Assembly (NCBI GenBank): GCA_041624375.1
Contig: JBFJVD010000001.1
Coordinates: 1 to 57,619 of the forward strand
From: Anaerolineales bacterium
Lineage (GTDB): Bacteria; Chloroflexota; Anaerolineae; Anaerolineales; E44-bin32
Length of the DNA: 57,619 bases
Direction of reading: 5' to 3'
Below the pieces are notes generated by a model that saw nothing but the letters and a program-made list of their open reading frames with translations, did not search any database and was not told the origin of the DNA. Below are positions 34,638-44,071 of the stretch, in pieces. The translations under genes and the position numbers were made by a program. Within the stretch, counting starts at the first letter, position 1. Every line of letters starts with the position of its first letter.

Positions 34638-36074
34638 ATGGCGCCGATGGACCTCTTCGACTATGCCCTGGAAAAGCGGCTGGCGCGCGAAGCGCCGCTG
34701 GCGGCCCGGATGCGGCCGCGCAGCCTGGCCGAATTTATCGGCCAGCGCGAGATCGTCGGGGAAGGACGGCTGCTCCGGCGGGCCATCGAAGCCGACCGCC
34801 TGTTCTCCTCCATTCTGCTATGGGGACCCCCCGGAACGGGGAAAACCACCCTGGCGATGATTATCGCCAACACCACCCGGTCCTATTTCGAGACCATTTC
34901 TGCTGTCCTGGCCGGAAAGCCGCAGCTCCGGCAGGTGATTGACGCTGCCCGTGAGCGGCGCAAGCTCAGTGGCCAGCGGACGATCCTCTTCGTCGACGAG
35001 GTCCACCGCTGGAACAAGGCGCAGCAGGATGCGCTGCTGCCGCATGTCGAGGATGGGACGATCACCTTAATCGGCGCCACCACCGAGAACCCATACTTCG
35101 AAGTCATCGGCGCGCTCGTTTCCCGCTCGCGCATCTTTCAGCTTCGCCCGCTGGAGGATGATGATGTTCGCCAGATCCTGCAGGCGGCGCTCGAGGACCG
35201 TGAGCGAGGCTTTGGCGATCGCCAGATCCGCATCGATGCGCAAGCGCTCGACCATCTGGTTCAGGTGGCGGGCGGCGACGCCCGCAACGCACTCAATGCA
35301 CTCGAGCTGGCTGTGGAGTCGACCGCACCCGGTCAAGCCGGCGCCATCGAGATCAGCCTTGAAGTCGCGCAGGAATCGATCCAGCGTCGCGCTGTGCTCT
35401 ACGACAAAGACGGGGACGCCCACTACGACACGATCTCCGCGTTTATCAAGTCGGTGCGGGGTTCCGACCCCGACGCCGCCCTCTACTGGCTGGCCAAAAT
35501 GCTTTATGCCGGAGAGTCGCCGCGCTTCATCCTGCGCCGGTTGCTCATCCTGGCCAGCGAAGATATCGGGCTGGCCGACCCGACGGGCCTGGTGGTCACA
35601 TCCGCAGCTGCACAGGCCTTTGAGTTCGTCGGTTTGCCGGAAGGCATCTACCCCATTGTCGAGGCCACACTCTACCTGTCCACTGCGCCGAAATCCAACA
35701 CGGCAGGCGCCTACTTCAAGGCTTACAAGCAGATTGAGGAAGAGGGTGTGGGCGAAGTGCCCGACCATTTGAAGGATGCCAATCGCGACGCCGCCGCGCT
35801 CGGCCACGGTGAGGGTTACCAGTATCCGCACACGGAGGAAGGCCACCACATCGGTCAGCAGTACCTCCCCAGCTCGGTGCTTGGAACACATTTCTACCGC
35901 CCCTCCGACCAGGGGTATGAGACTGCAGTGACGGAACGACTTGAGCGCTGGCGCCGGGCCCAGCGGGCCGCACTGGGAATCGAAACCTCGACCGAGTTGC
36001 CAGATCTACCGGAAGGGGAGATCCAGCGCATCCGCGGTCTGCATGGACGCCTCGGCGGCGACCGCGCCACCTGA
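34638..36074 (+). CDS. rarA: Replication-associated recombination protein A (AAA+ ATPase)
   Basis: [16 protein letters not shown], Walker [10 protein letters not shown], Walker B LFVDEVHR, and the MgsA C-terminal helices. An extended -10 TGGTAGAAT at 34631-34639 overlaps ATG 34638, so the real, possibly leaderless, start may be ATG 34647. Confidence 0.9.
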   Translation: MAPMDLFDYALEKRLAREAPLAARMRPRSLAEFIGQREIVGEGRLLRRAIEADRLFSSILLWGPPGTGKTTLAMIIANTTRSYFETISAVLAGKPQLRQVIDAARERRKLSGQRTILFVDEVHRWNKAQQDALLPHVEDGTITLIGATTENPYFEVIGALVSRSRIFQLRPLEDDDVRQILQAALEDRERGFGDRQIRIDAQALDHLVQVAGGDARNALNALELAVESTAPGQAGAIEISLEVAQESIQRRAVLYDKDGDAHYDTISAFIKSVRGSDPDAALYWLAKMLYAGESPRFILRRLLILASEDIGLADPTGLVVTSAAAQAFEFVGLPEGIYPIVEATLYLSTAPKSNTAGAYFKAYKQIEEEGVGEVPDHLKDANRDAAALGHGEGYQYPHTEEGHHIGQQYLPSSVLGTHFYRPSDQGYETAVTERLERWRRAQRAALGIETSTELPDLPEGEIQRIRGLHGRLGGDRAT

Positions 36075-36090
36075 TCATCACCATCGGAAC

Positions 36091-36720
36091 ATGACGACCT
36101 TCTTTCTCATCCGTCACGGCCAGAACGACTTCGTTACCGGGAAGAGCCATCGGCTTGCGGGCTGGCTGCCAGGCGTCCATCTCAACGACGCCGGCCGCGC
36201 GCAGGCAGAAGCGCTCGCTGAACTCCTGAAACCGATCAAACTCAAGGCGGTGTATTCCAGCCCGCTTGACCGAACGATGGAGACCGCCGAGCCCCTCGCT
36301 CGGGCTCAGGGGCTCGAGGTTGTACCGATGGAAGAACTGGGGGAGATACGCTTCGGTACCTGGGAGGGCAAGACCTTGCGGGCGCTGCGCCGACGCAAGC
36401 TCTGGCCGGTCATTCAAAACAGTCCTTCACTGGCGCGATTTCCGGAGGGCGAATCGTTTCCGGAAGCCCAGGCACGCGTGGTGGCGGCCCTCGAATCGCT
36501 GCGCTCCCGCCATCGAAGCAAGTCCGCTGCCGTCGCCTGCGTTTCCCACGCCGATGTCATCAAATTGGCGGTGGCCCACTATCTCGGCCTACCGCTCGAT
36601 CTCTTCCAAAGGCTGGTCATCCTGCCGGCTTCCATCAGCGTGCTGCATATCAGCGATGGCGCCGCCCGACTGATCCGGCTTAACGACGGCCGAGCGACCG
36701 AGGCCCACCCGCGGGGATGA
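36091..36720 (+). CDS. Histidine-phosphatase (phosphoglycerate-mutase-like) family protein, MSMEG_4193-type candidate
   Basis: Trimmed to ATG 36091. FFLIRHGQND is the RHG motif and VSHADVIK the second His. Confidence 0.8.
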   Translation: MTTFFLIRHGQNDFVTGKSHRLAGWLPGVHLNDAGRAQAEALAELLKPIKLKAVYSSPLDRTMETAEPLARAQGLEVVPMEELGEIRFGTWEGKTLRALRRRKLWPVIQNSPSLARFPEGESFPEAQARVVAALESLRSRHRSKSAAVACVSHADVIKLAVAHYLGLPLDLFQRLVILPASISVLHISDGAARLIRLNDGRATEAHPRG

Positions 36721-36787
36721 TATACTCTTTATCATCGGGCGCCGGCGCAATGCGCGGCGCACCGCGAGCCGGAATCGGGAGCTCTGG

Positions 36788-37315
36788 ATGCCCGCCATGG
36801 AATATGACCTGCGGCCGGTCGATAGGATCACGACCGGCGCCATTGGTCCCCCAGGGAAACGCGTCTTCTATCTTCAGGCCCGCAAGGAAGATCAGCTTGT
36901 CACGCTGATCGTCGAGAAGGCTCAGGTGCAATCCTTGGCGATCGGCCTCGAGCAATTCCTTGCCGACCTGAACGAGCGGTTTCCCGAGCTCGATGATTCC
37001 GAGGCCGCCTACGAAGAACGCCAGATGGAACTCGAGCAGCCGATCGACCCGGCATTTCGCGTCGGGCAGCTCGGGCTCGGTTATGACGAGGACTCCGATC
37101 TCATGGTCCTCGTCGCCCGGGAAATCCAATTTGAAGGTGCCGATCCGGAAGAGGCTTCTGTCGCACGCTTCTGGTCGACCCGCGCCCAGATTCGTGCGAT
37201 GACCCAGTGGGGTCTTGAAATTGCCAGTCGCGGCCGCGAGATCTGCGGCAACTGCGGCCAGCCGATCGACCCTGAAGGCCACTTCTGCCCCAAACGAAAC
37301 GGCCACCAAAACTGA
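36788..37315 (+). CDS. DUF3090-family protein
   Basis: 175 aa. ITTGAIGPPGKRVFYLQA and the C-terminal CGNCGQPIDPEGHFCPKRNGH motif are what I recall for DUF3090 (TIGR03847-type). Confidence 0.7.
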   Translation: MPAMEYDLRPVDRITTGAIGPPGKRVFYLQARKEDQLVTLIVEKAQVQSLAIGLEQFLADLNERFPELDDSEAAYEERQMELEQPIDPAFRVGQLGLGYDEDSDLMVLVAREIQFEGADPEEASVARFWSTRAQIRAMTQWGLEIASRGREICGNCGQPIDPEGHFCPKRNGHQN

Positions 37316-37340
37316 ACCTTGCGGCCGGTTCCAGATTCCT

Positions 37341-38066
37341 ATGACGCAAGACAACTTCTCCCATATCCTGGACCTGCTCGCGCACGGCGAGCTGGAAGTC
37401 ACAGACCAATTCATATGGGGATCAAACTACACCTACCGGGCGACTGTCCAGCGCGGCGATGAAACGCTGGTTGCGGTCTACAAGCCTTCGCGCGGCGAGC
37501 GCCCGCTGTGGGACTTCCCCGACGGCACCCTCGCCAAGCGCGAGGTGGCGGCCTACCAGACCAGCGAGGCGCTTGGTTGGGCACTGGTCCCGCCGACGGT
37601 GCTGCGCGAGGATGGTCCGGCTGGATCCGGCTCGCTCCAACTCTACGTCGAAACCGATCCCGAGCTTCACTACTTCTCGATGACGGATGAAGATCGGACC
37701 CGGCTGCGACCCGCCGCCGTCTTCGATCTGCTCGTCAACAACGCCGACCGCAAAGGTGGACATGTCCTGCTCGATTCGCAGGATCACCTGTGGCTGATTG
37801 ACCACGGCGTCTGCTTCCACCACCAGCCCAAGCTGCGGACGGTCATCTGGGATTTCGCCGGCGAGCCAGTTCCGGAGCCGCTGCTGGAGAGCGTTGAACG
37901 CTTCCACAGGAAGCTGAGAGCCGACTCGGACCTGATCCATTGCTTCGAGATGCTGCTTCTGCCGCAGGAACTGCGCGCCCTTCGGAGTCGGGCGCAGGCC
38001 ATGCTCCAGAGCCGAAGCTTCCCGCATCCCGGACCGGGCCGGCCGTACCCGTGGCCACTGGTCTGA
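37341..38066 (+). CDS. SCO1664-family protein (PI3/PI4-kinase-like fold)
   Basis: Trimmed to ATG 37341. LVAVYKPSRGERPLWDF and NNADRKGGHVL..HLWLIDHG are kinase-like catalytic and Mg loops. Confidence 0.7.
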   Translation: MTQDNFSHILDLLAHGELEVTDQFIWGSNYTYRATVQRGDETLVAVYKPSRGERPLWDFPDGTLAKREVAAYQTSEALGWALVPPTVLREDGPAGSGSLQLYVETDPELHYFSMTDEDRTRLRPAAVFDLLVNNADRKGGHVLLDSQDHLWLIDHGVCFHHQPKLRTVIWDFAGEPVPEPLLESVERFHRKLRADSDLIHCFEMLLLPQELRALRSRAQAMLQSRSFPHPGPGRPYPWPLV

Positions 38067-38085
38067 TCTCCTCCCCCGATCTCCG

Positions 38086-39120
38086 ATGAAGACTGTCCGA
38101 ATCGTGCTCGTGGGCTTTGGCAGTGTAGGCCAGGCGCTCGGCAGGCTTCTTTTAAGCAAGCGTGACCAGCTCGAAATGGCAGAGGGCATCGCCTGGAGGG
38201 TTGTGGCAATCGCCACCGGCCGCCATGGCCGGGCCGTGGATCCCGAGGGGATCGACCTGAATCAAGCGCTCAGCCTGATCTCGTCCGCTGAGTCGCTGGA
38301 AGTGCTCTCGCGCCGGCCGGCCCCGTCGAACGTGGTGGCATTGATCCGATCGCTGAAAGCGGACGTTCTGTTCGATAACACCCCCGTCGACTATCAGACA
38401 GGCCAGCCCGCCATTCTCCATCTGCAAACCGCGCTGGAATCCGGCATGCACGCCATTACAGCCAACAAGGGTCCCGTCGTGCACGCGTATCGGGAGTTGA
38501 CTGCGCTCGCCACGAACCAGGGCCGGCGCTTCTTGTTTGAATCCACGGTGATGGATGGCGCCCCGATCTTCTCTCTCTGGCGGGAGTCGCTTCCTGCGGC
38601 CTCGCTTCTTGCGCTGCGCGGCGTGCTGAACTCCACGACGAACTTGATCCTGACGGAGATGGAATCGGGCGCCAGTTTCGCCGAGGCCTTGGCGCGTGCA
38701 CAGGCGATCGGGATCGCCGAAACCGATCCGCGCGGGGACATCGAAGGTTGGGACGCTGCGGTCAAAGTGGCCGCCCTGGTCACCGTGCTGATGGACACAC
38801 CGCTCAAGCCGATGTCCGTTGTGCGCAGGGGCATTGAAAACCTCACCTCCGAAGATATCGCCGCCGCACGGCGAGCGGGACGGCGCTGGAAATTGATCTG
38901 CCGCGCCGAGCGACGGGGCGACAACGTATTCGCCTCGGTTGAACCCGAGCAGGTCGAGCCGGCGGACCCCCTGTACCATGTTTCAGGCACCTCCTCAGCG
39001 GTGACCTTCCACACCGACGTTCTCGGCCCATTGACCATCCATGAGGATGACCCGGGGCCGGAGACGACCGCCTACGGCCTGCTGGCGGACATGCTGTACG
39101 CGCTGCGGAGCTCCGGCTGA
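38086..39120 (+). CDS. hom: Homoserine dehydrogenase (no ACT domain)
   Basis: NAD motif IVLVGFGSVGQAL, then ANKGPV, FESTVMDGAPIF and GVLNSTTNLIL. Confidence 0.8.
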   Translation: MKTVRIVLVGFGSVGQALGRLLLSKRDQLEMAEGIAWRVVAIATGRHGRAVDPEGIDLNQALSLISSAESLEVLSRRPAPSNVVALIRSLKADVLFDNTPVDYQTGQPAILHLQTALESGMHAITANKGPVVHAYRELTALATNQGRRFLFESTVMDGAPIFSLWRESLPAASLLALRGVLNSTTNLILTEMESGASFAEALARAQAIGIAETDPRGDIEGWDAAVKVAALVTVLMDTPLKPMSVVRRGIENLTSEDIAAARRAGRRWKLICRAERRGDNVFASVEPEQVEPADPLYHVSGTSSAVTFHTDVLGPLTIHEDDPGPETTAYGLLADMLYALRSSG

Positions 39121-39359
39121 AGCCCTCGGGCTGACCGGCACGCGGGCCCGCCCCGACCTTAAAGAATTGTCCGGGACCTTGACCATCCCCGGCTTACGGT
39201 GTATTCTGGTTCGGCACGCTTGGAACCCTTGACAACGGAGCGAGGCGCATCCGCATGATGACCAATTCTTGCATCGCTCAGAAGGTGGCACGACGCCGCA
39301 TCCCGCTGGGAAGTGGCTTCGGAGTGCCTTCTCGGAGTGCGCCTACCGGCAGCTAGTTC

Positions 39360-39371
39360 GAACGTTTGTTC
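39360..39371 (+). promoter_or_regulatory. Second perfect LexA-type box core (GAACGTTTGTTC) in the leader of the ABC-2 operon
   Basis: cGAAC-GTTT-GTTCt. Compare lexA's own gGAAC-ATTC-GTTCt. Confidence 0.4.
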
Positions 39372-39376
39372 TTCCT

Positions 39377-39411
39377 GCCGCGGGCGTCTCCAGCGCCCGC
39401 GGTTTTGTTTT
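39377..39411 (+). terminator. Leader hairpin 1 with U-tract (terminator/attenuator)
   Basis: CCGCGGGCG-TCTCCAG-CGCCCGCGG is followed by TTTTGTTTT. Confidence 0.6.
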
Positions 39412-39426
39412 CGGTGTGTGTTGTGA

Positions 39427-39461
39427 CGCCGGCCGCGGGACCCGCGCCCGGCGCTTTTGTT
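39427..39461 (+). terminator. Leader hairpin 2 with U-tract, 19 nt upstream of the ABC ATPase start
   Basis: CGCCGG-C-CGCGGG-A-CCCGCG-C-CCGGCG is followed by CTTTTGTT. Its 5' arm (CCGCGGG) can alternatively pair with the 3' arm of hairpin 1 (CCCGCGG). Confidence 0.5.
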
Positions 39462-39479
39462 ATCGAAGAAGGTGAAGAA

Positions 39480-40313
39480 ATGGATCCGTCAATTCATGTT
39501 CACGAGGCACAGAAGGTCTTCGGACGCTCGACGTCCCGCCTGCCCTGGCGCCGGTCGAGGAACGGTTCGGCTGACGGAGAGCCGGAACGTGTCGTTGCCG
39601 TGGATAGCGTCAGCTTCGACGTTCAGCCGGGCGAGATCTTCGGCGTGCTCGGTCCTAACGGATCGGGCAAGTCCACCTTGATTCGACTGATCGCCACCCT
39701 GCTCCTTCCCGACGGCGGCCGCATCTCTGTCCTCGGACACGATGTGGAGAAGGACCCGATGGCTGTGCAGCAGGTGATCAACCGGGTGTCGGTTGAGGCT
39801 TCCTTCTTTAAGAAGCTTTCGCCGATGGAGAACCTGCTTTACGGGGCCCGGTTGTATGGGCTGGACGGGCGTACGGCTCGGCAGGAGATTGTTCGCATCT
39901 TGACCCGGCTCGGCATCAAGGAGAAAGACATCCGCAAGCCGATCGAGGACATGTCGCGCGGCATGCAGCAGAAGGTGGCCATCGCACGGGCGCTGCTCAC
40001 CCGGCCGCCAGTGCTGCTGCTCGACGAGCCGACGACGGGGCTGGATCCGCGCTCGAAGCGTGAAGTTCAGGCGATCGTCCGCGAATTGCGCGACAAGAGC
40101 GGCACGACGATTCTGCTGACAACGCACGACATGGCCGAAGCAGAAGCGCTCTGTGACCGGGTGGCGATCATGGACAGTGGGAAGATCGTCGCCCTGGACA
40201 CACCCGCTGCGCTGCGTGAGCTCGTGCCGAACACGAACGGCCATTCGCCGACGCTTGAGGATGCCTTCCTCGAACTCACCGGCAAACAGCTCACGGAAAC
40301 GTACGAAACGTGA
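39480..40313 (+). CDS. ABC transporter ATP-binding protein (ABC-2/DrrA-like exporter)
   Basis: Trimmed to ATG 39480 with SD GAAGGTGA. Walker A GPNGSGKST, signature MSRGMQQ, Walker B LLLDEPTTGLD. Confidence 0.85.
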   Translation: MDPSIHVHEAQKVFGRSTSRLPWRRSRNGSADGEPERVVAVDSVSFDVQPGEIFGVLGPNGSGKSTLIRLIATLLLPDGGRISVLGHDVEKDPMAVQQVINRVSVEASFFKKLSPMENLLYGARLYGLDGRTARQEIVRILTRLGIKEKDIRKPIEDMSRGMQQKVAIARALLTRPPVLLLDEPTTGLDPRSKREVQAIVRELRDKSGTTILLTTHDMAEAEALCDRVAIMDSGKIVALDTPAALRELVPNTNGHSPTLEDAFLELTGKQLTETYET

Positions 40314-40336
40314 GGGAAAGGAGGGAGGCAACGCCC

Positions 40337-41164
40337 ATGAACCATACACTGAACCATCAATTGCGGGCGTCCTACGCCTTCATGGAGCGCAACGCCAACC
40401 TGGTGAAGCGCTACTGGTCGTGGGAATTGGTCTGGATGGCCTACTCGGTCGCCAACAGCCTCAGTGTGAGCTACATCGGGCTGGGCGTCGAGCAGCTGGG
40501 GGGCCAGCAAGTCGACGGCACCTTTCTGGTGCTGTACCTGGTGGTGGGCACGCTCGTCTGGCGCTACCTGTCGATCATCTTCTACTGGATCACCGACATC
40601 ATCGGCATGGAGCGCTGGGAGGGGACGATCGAATACACCCTGATGGCCCCGATCCACCGGTTGACCCACATGGCTGGCCAGACGATTTTCGCCGTCATCT
40701 ACAGCCTGCTCTTCACCGGGGTCATCTTGGCGATCACAGTGGCCCTCTTCGACATCGATCTGTCGAATGCGAACCTTCCGGGCGCCGTGCTGGTGATGCT
40801 TTCGGGCAGTCTGTCGTTCATCGGCGTTGGCATCGTCGGGTCGATCTTGCCACTGCTCTTCCCGGAGCGCGGCGCACAGATGACCCACGTGATCATCGCC
40901 GCCCTCCTGCTCGTTTCGGGGGTCTACTATCCGATCGAAGTCCTACCGGCCACGCTGCAGGCGCTGTCGGTCGTTTCGCCGGCCACGTACGTGCTCAACG
41001 GCGTACGCGCCGCCCTGCTGGATGGGGCCTCGCTCGCCAGCCTGGCCGCCCATATCGGGCCCGCGCTGCTGATGGGTGTGGCGGCCATCCCCGCCGGGCT
41101 ATGGATCTTCCACCAGGCTGAACGCTACGCGAAGCGCACCGGACGCCTGGCGCGAAGTGGCTAG
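40337..41164 (+). CDS. ABC-2-type transporter permease
   Basis: Trimmed to ATG 40337 with AAGGAGGGAGG upstream. About 6 TM helices, directly downstream of the ATPase. Confidence 0.8.
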   Translation: MNHTLNHQLRASYAFMERNANLVKRYWSWELVWMAYSVANSLSVSYIGLGVEQLGGQQVDGTFLVLYLVVGTLVWRYLSIIFYWITDIIGMERWEGTIEYTLMAPIHRLTHMAGQTIFAVIYSLLFTGVILAITVALFDIDLSNANLPGAVLVMLSGSLSFIGVGIVGSILPLLFPERGAQMTHVIIAALLLVSGVYYPIEVLPATLQALSVVSPATYVLNGVRAALLDGASLASLAAHIGPALLMGVAAIPAGLWIFHQAERYAKRTGRLARSG

Positions 41165-41167
41165 AGT

Positions 41168-41204
41168 CGAGCTTCCGGGAAACTTTAAGCTTCCCGGAAG
41201 CTCG
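41168..41204. repeat. Perfect 14-bp inverted repeat CGAGCTTCCGGGAA-N9-TTCCCGGAAGCTCG between the permease and GNAT genes
   Basis: Read directly from the sequence. The loop contains AAGCTT. No U-tract follows. Confidence 0.6.
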
Positions 41205-41217
41205 GGAGATGAGATGA

Positions 41218-42231
41218 ATGTCTGAGCAAATTCATGAGACTTACCTTGAACTCCAGGATGCACCCGACATCCCTGGGCTGCGCTTCCGCCGGTATCACGG
41301 CGAATCCGACCTGCCCGGCATGCTCCAGGTGATCCTGGGCAGCAAGGAAGCGGATGGGATCGAGCGGGCGGACACGCTCGAAGAGATGCGCCACGCCTAC
41401 ACGCACCTGACCAACTGCGACCCCCATCAAGACATGATCCTGGCGGAGGTCGATGGAGAGCTGATCGCCTACAACCGCACCTTCTGGAGTGAGGAAGTCG
41501 AAGGTGATTGGGTCTACAGCCTTTTCGGCTTCATCCTCCCCACGTGGCGTCGCAAGGGCATCGGCGGCGCCATGCTGCGGGCGATGGAAAAACGGATTAC
41601 GGAGATCGCGGCCGATCATCCGGAGGGACCGCGCTACTACCAATCCTGGGCGGCCGACACCGAGCTCGGCGCCCGGGCCCTGCTGGAGCGCGAAGGCTAT
41701 GCCGCCATGCGCTGGGGGTATGAGATGGTGCGAGACCTATCGGAACCGATCCCAGACCACCCTCTCCCGGGAGGCGTCGAGCTGCGGCCTGTCCACCGTG
41801 ACCAGGACCAGGCGATCTGGGAGGCACACCAGGAAGCCTTCCGAGACCATTGGGGATACCGCGAACCGGTCGAGGGGGACTTCGAGGCCTGGCGCACGCT
41901 TCCGATCCACAACCGGGACCTCTGGCAGGTGGCCTGGGAAGGGAAGGATGTGGTGGGTATGGTGCTCAACTTCGTCAACGAAAACGAAAACCAGGCCTAT
42001 GAGCGCCTGCGGGGTTACACGGAAGACATCTGCGTCCGCAAGCCCTGGCGCCGCCAGGGTGTGGCCGGTGCGCTCATCGCACGCAGCCTGCTCATGCTGC
42101 GCGAGATGGGCTTCACCGAGGCCGCCCTCGGGGTGGATACGCAGAACCGGACGGGGGCGCTGCGCCTCTATGAAAGCCTCGGCTACCGGGTCCGCAAGGA
42201 ATTCGCCACCTACCGCAAAGCCTTTAGATAG
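41218..42231 (+). CDS. Two-domain GNAT N-acetyltransferase (MshD-like architecture)
   Basis: 337 aa. The first GNAT core is WRRKGIGGAMLRAM. The second is WRRQGVAGALIARSL...GALRLYESLGY. Confidence 0.75.
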   Translation: MSEQIHETYLELQDAPDIPGLRFRRYHGESDLPGMLQVILGSKEADGIERADTLEEMRHAYTHLTNCDPHQDMILAEVDGELIAYNRTFWSEEVEGDWVYSLFGFILPTWRRKGIGGAMLRAMEKRITEIAADHPEGPRYYQSWAADTELGARALLEREGYAAMRWGYEMVRDLSEPIPDHPLPGGVELRPVHRDQDQAIWEAHQEAFRDHWGYREPVEGDFEAWRTLPIHNRDLWQVAWEGKDVVGMVLNFVNENENQAYERLRGYTEDICVRKPWRRQGVAGALIARSLLMLREMGFTEAALGVDTQNRTGALRLYESLGYRVRKEFATYRKAFR

Positions 42232-42286
42232 GCTCGAAGGGTTTGGGCGTAGGCAACGCTAAGACTCTGCATCGAGGTGTTGAGTG

Positions 42287-43270
42287 ATGCAATCACAGTC
42301 CGTGGTCCAGGTTTCAGCGCTGAGCAAGAGCTACTTCGTCGACGAGCGCGAGGGAGGGTTTTTCGCTGCACTGCAGAGCCTTGTGCGCCGCAAGCGCAAG
42401 GAAGTGAAAGCCGTCAATTCGATCTCGTTCGAACTCCATCCAGGGGAGGTCGTCGGCTTCCTGGGTCCAAACGGCGCCGGGAAGACGACCACGCTGAAGA
42501 TGCTCTCCGGGCTCTTAATGCCCACCGCCGGTGAGGTGCGCGTCCTCGGCCATGAGCCCTGGGCCCGCCAGCGATCGTTCCTCCAGCAGATCACGCTGGT
42601 CATGGGTCAGCGCAACCAGCTGGCCTGGGACATCCCTGCGGTCGACTCCTACCAGCTGAACCAAGCCATCTACGACATCCCCGAGCCGCAGTTCCGTGAA
42701 ACGCTGGACGAGTTTGTCGAGCTGCTGGAGTTGAAAGACCTGATTCGCAAGCCGGTACGAAATCTCTCACTCGGAGAGCGGATGAAAGTCGAGATCGCGG
42801 CCGCATTGCTCCACCGGCCACAGGTGCTCTTCCTCGATGAGCCAACGCTCGGCCTGGATATCACGATGCAGCGCCGAATCCGCACATTCATCGCCGAATA
42901 CAACCGGCGCACGGGCGCCACGGTGCTCCTCACCAGCCATTACATGGCCGATGTCGAGGCACTCTGCAAGCGGGTGATCATGATCCACCACGGCCGGATC
43001 CTCTTCGATGGGGATCTGTCGGATCTCGTCGACCGCTTCTCGGCCCACAAGACGATCGTGCTGAAGCCGGAAACCAACAGCATCGACTATCGCCGCTATG
43101 GCGAAGTCGTGGATGAGACGAACGGGCGGATCGCCCTCAAGGTGCCGAAGGCCGACGTCTCGCGGGTGACCTCCGACATCTTGCGCAATGTCTCGGTCTA
43201 TGACCTGACGGTCGAGGATCCACCGATCGAGGACGTCATCGAGGCGGTGTTCGCTGGAGACCCGGAATGA
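42287..43270 (+). CDS. ABC transporter ATP-binding protein (COG4586-like, uncharacterised transport system)
   Basis: Walker A GPNGAGKTTT, signature LSLGERMK, Walker B LFLDEPTLGLD. ATG 42287 is preferred over GTG 42284 because of SD spacing. Confidence 0.85.
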   Translation: MQSQSVVQVSALSKSYFVDEREGGFFAALQSLVRRKRKEVKAVNSISFELHPGEVVGFLGPNGAGKTTTLKMLSGLLMPTAGEVRVLGHEPWARQRSFLQQITLVMGQRNQLAWDIPAVDSYQLNQAIYDIPEPQFRETLDEFVELLELKDLIRKPVRNLSLGERMKVEIAAALLHRPQVLFLDEPTLGLDITMQRRIRTFIAEYNRRTGATVLLTSHYMADVEALCKRVIMIHHGRILFDGDLSDLVDRFSAHKTIVLKPETNSIDYRRYGEVVDETNGRIALKVPKADVSRVTSDILRNVSVYDLTVEDPPIEDVIEAVFAGDPE

Positions 43271-44070
43271 GAGTCCTGCGCAACGTCTATCTGGCCCAGT
43301 TTCGCACCTATCTTGCTGAGAACTTCCAGTACCGGGTGCAGCTCGGCATCTCGATCCTTGGCATCATGGTTGAGCCCGTGATCTATATGATCGTCTGGAT
43401 TAACGTCGCCGAGGCGCAAGGTGGGGCTGTGGCTGGCTACACCGCCAGTGAGTTCGCCGGCTACTTTGTCGCGTGGACCGTGGTGCGCCAGTTCAACATC
43501 GGCTGGTCGCCGTGGGGCATGGAGCACCGAATCCGCACCGGCGAGCTCTCGCCCCAACTGCTCCGCCCGGTCCACCCCTTCCACATCGATACGGCAACGC
43601 TCCTCGGATTGAAGGTGGTCACCTCGCTGGCGCTCATCCCGACGATCGTCCTGCTCACGCTGCTCTTCCAGCCTGAGATTCACTTCGTGCCCTGGTCGTT
43701 GGTGGCGTTCCTTCCTTCGTTGATTCTGGCTTTCTTCCTGCGCCATGTGCTGATGTATGCCATGTCGCTGACAGCCTTCTGGACCACACGCGTGACCGCC
43801 ATGTTCCAGATCTTTTTCGCCTTCGAGTTCTTCCTTTCGGGCAGAATCGCGCCGCTCACCGTGCTTCCGGAGTGGGCGCAGCGATTGGCGGCCGCCCTGC
43901 CGTTCCAGTGGTCGCTGTACTTCCCGCTCGAGCTGGTTCTAGGGCGCCTCACGCCCGAGCAGGCGCTGGCCGGTCTGGGGACACAGGCCATCTGGCTCGT
44001 CGCCAGCGTGGCCATGCTTCTTCTCATCTGGCGGTTCGGCGTGCGCCGCTACGCTGCGGTTGGAGGTTGA
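43267..44070 (+). CDS. ABC-2 family permease (COG4587-like)
   Basis: 267 aa and polytopic. Its start overlaps the ATPase stop (ATGA). Confidence 0.75.
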   Translation: MRVLRNVYLAQFRTYLAENFQYRVQLGISILGIMVEPVIYMIVWINVAEAQGGAVAGYTASEFAGYFVAWTVVRQFNIGWSPWGMEHRIRTGELSPQLLRPVHPFHIDTATLLGLKVVTSLALIPTIVLLTLLFQPEIHFVPWSLVAFLPSLILAFFLRHVLMYAMSLTAFWTTRVTAMFQIFFAFEFFLSGRIAPLTVLPEWAQRLAAALPFQWSLYFPLELVLGRLTPEQALAGLGTQAIWLVASVAMLLLIWRFGVRRYAAVGG

Positions 44071-44071
44071 G

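Noticed and set aside
39121-39479. T-box or another known riboswitch in the ABC-2 leader. GGTGGCACGACG faintly resembles the T-box GGUGGUACCGCG.
   Set aside because: The T-box-like string lies about 90 nt upstream of the terminator rather than overlapping it. No specifier, Stem I or AG-bulge features were seen. There were no matches to the guanidine, SAM, TPP, FMN, cobalamin or c-di-NMP consensus cores as I remember them.
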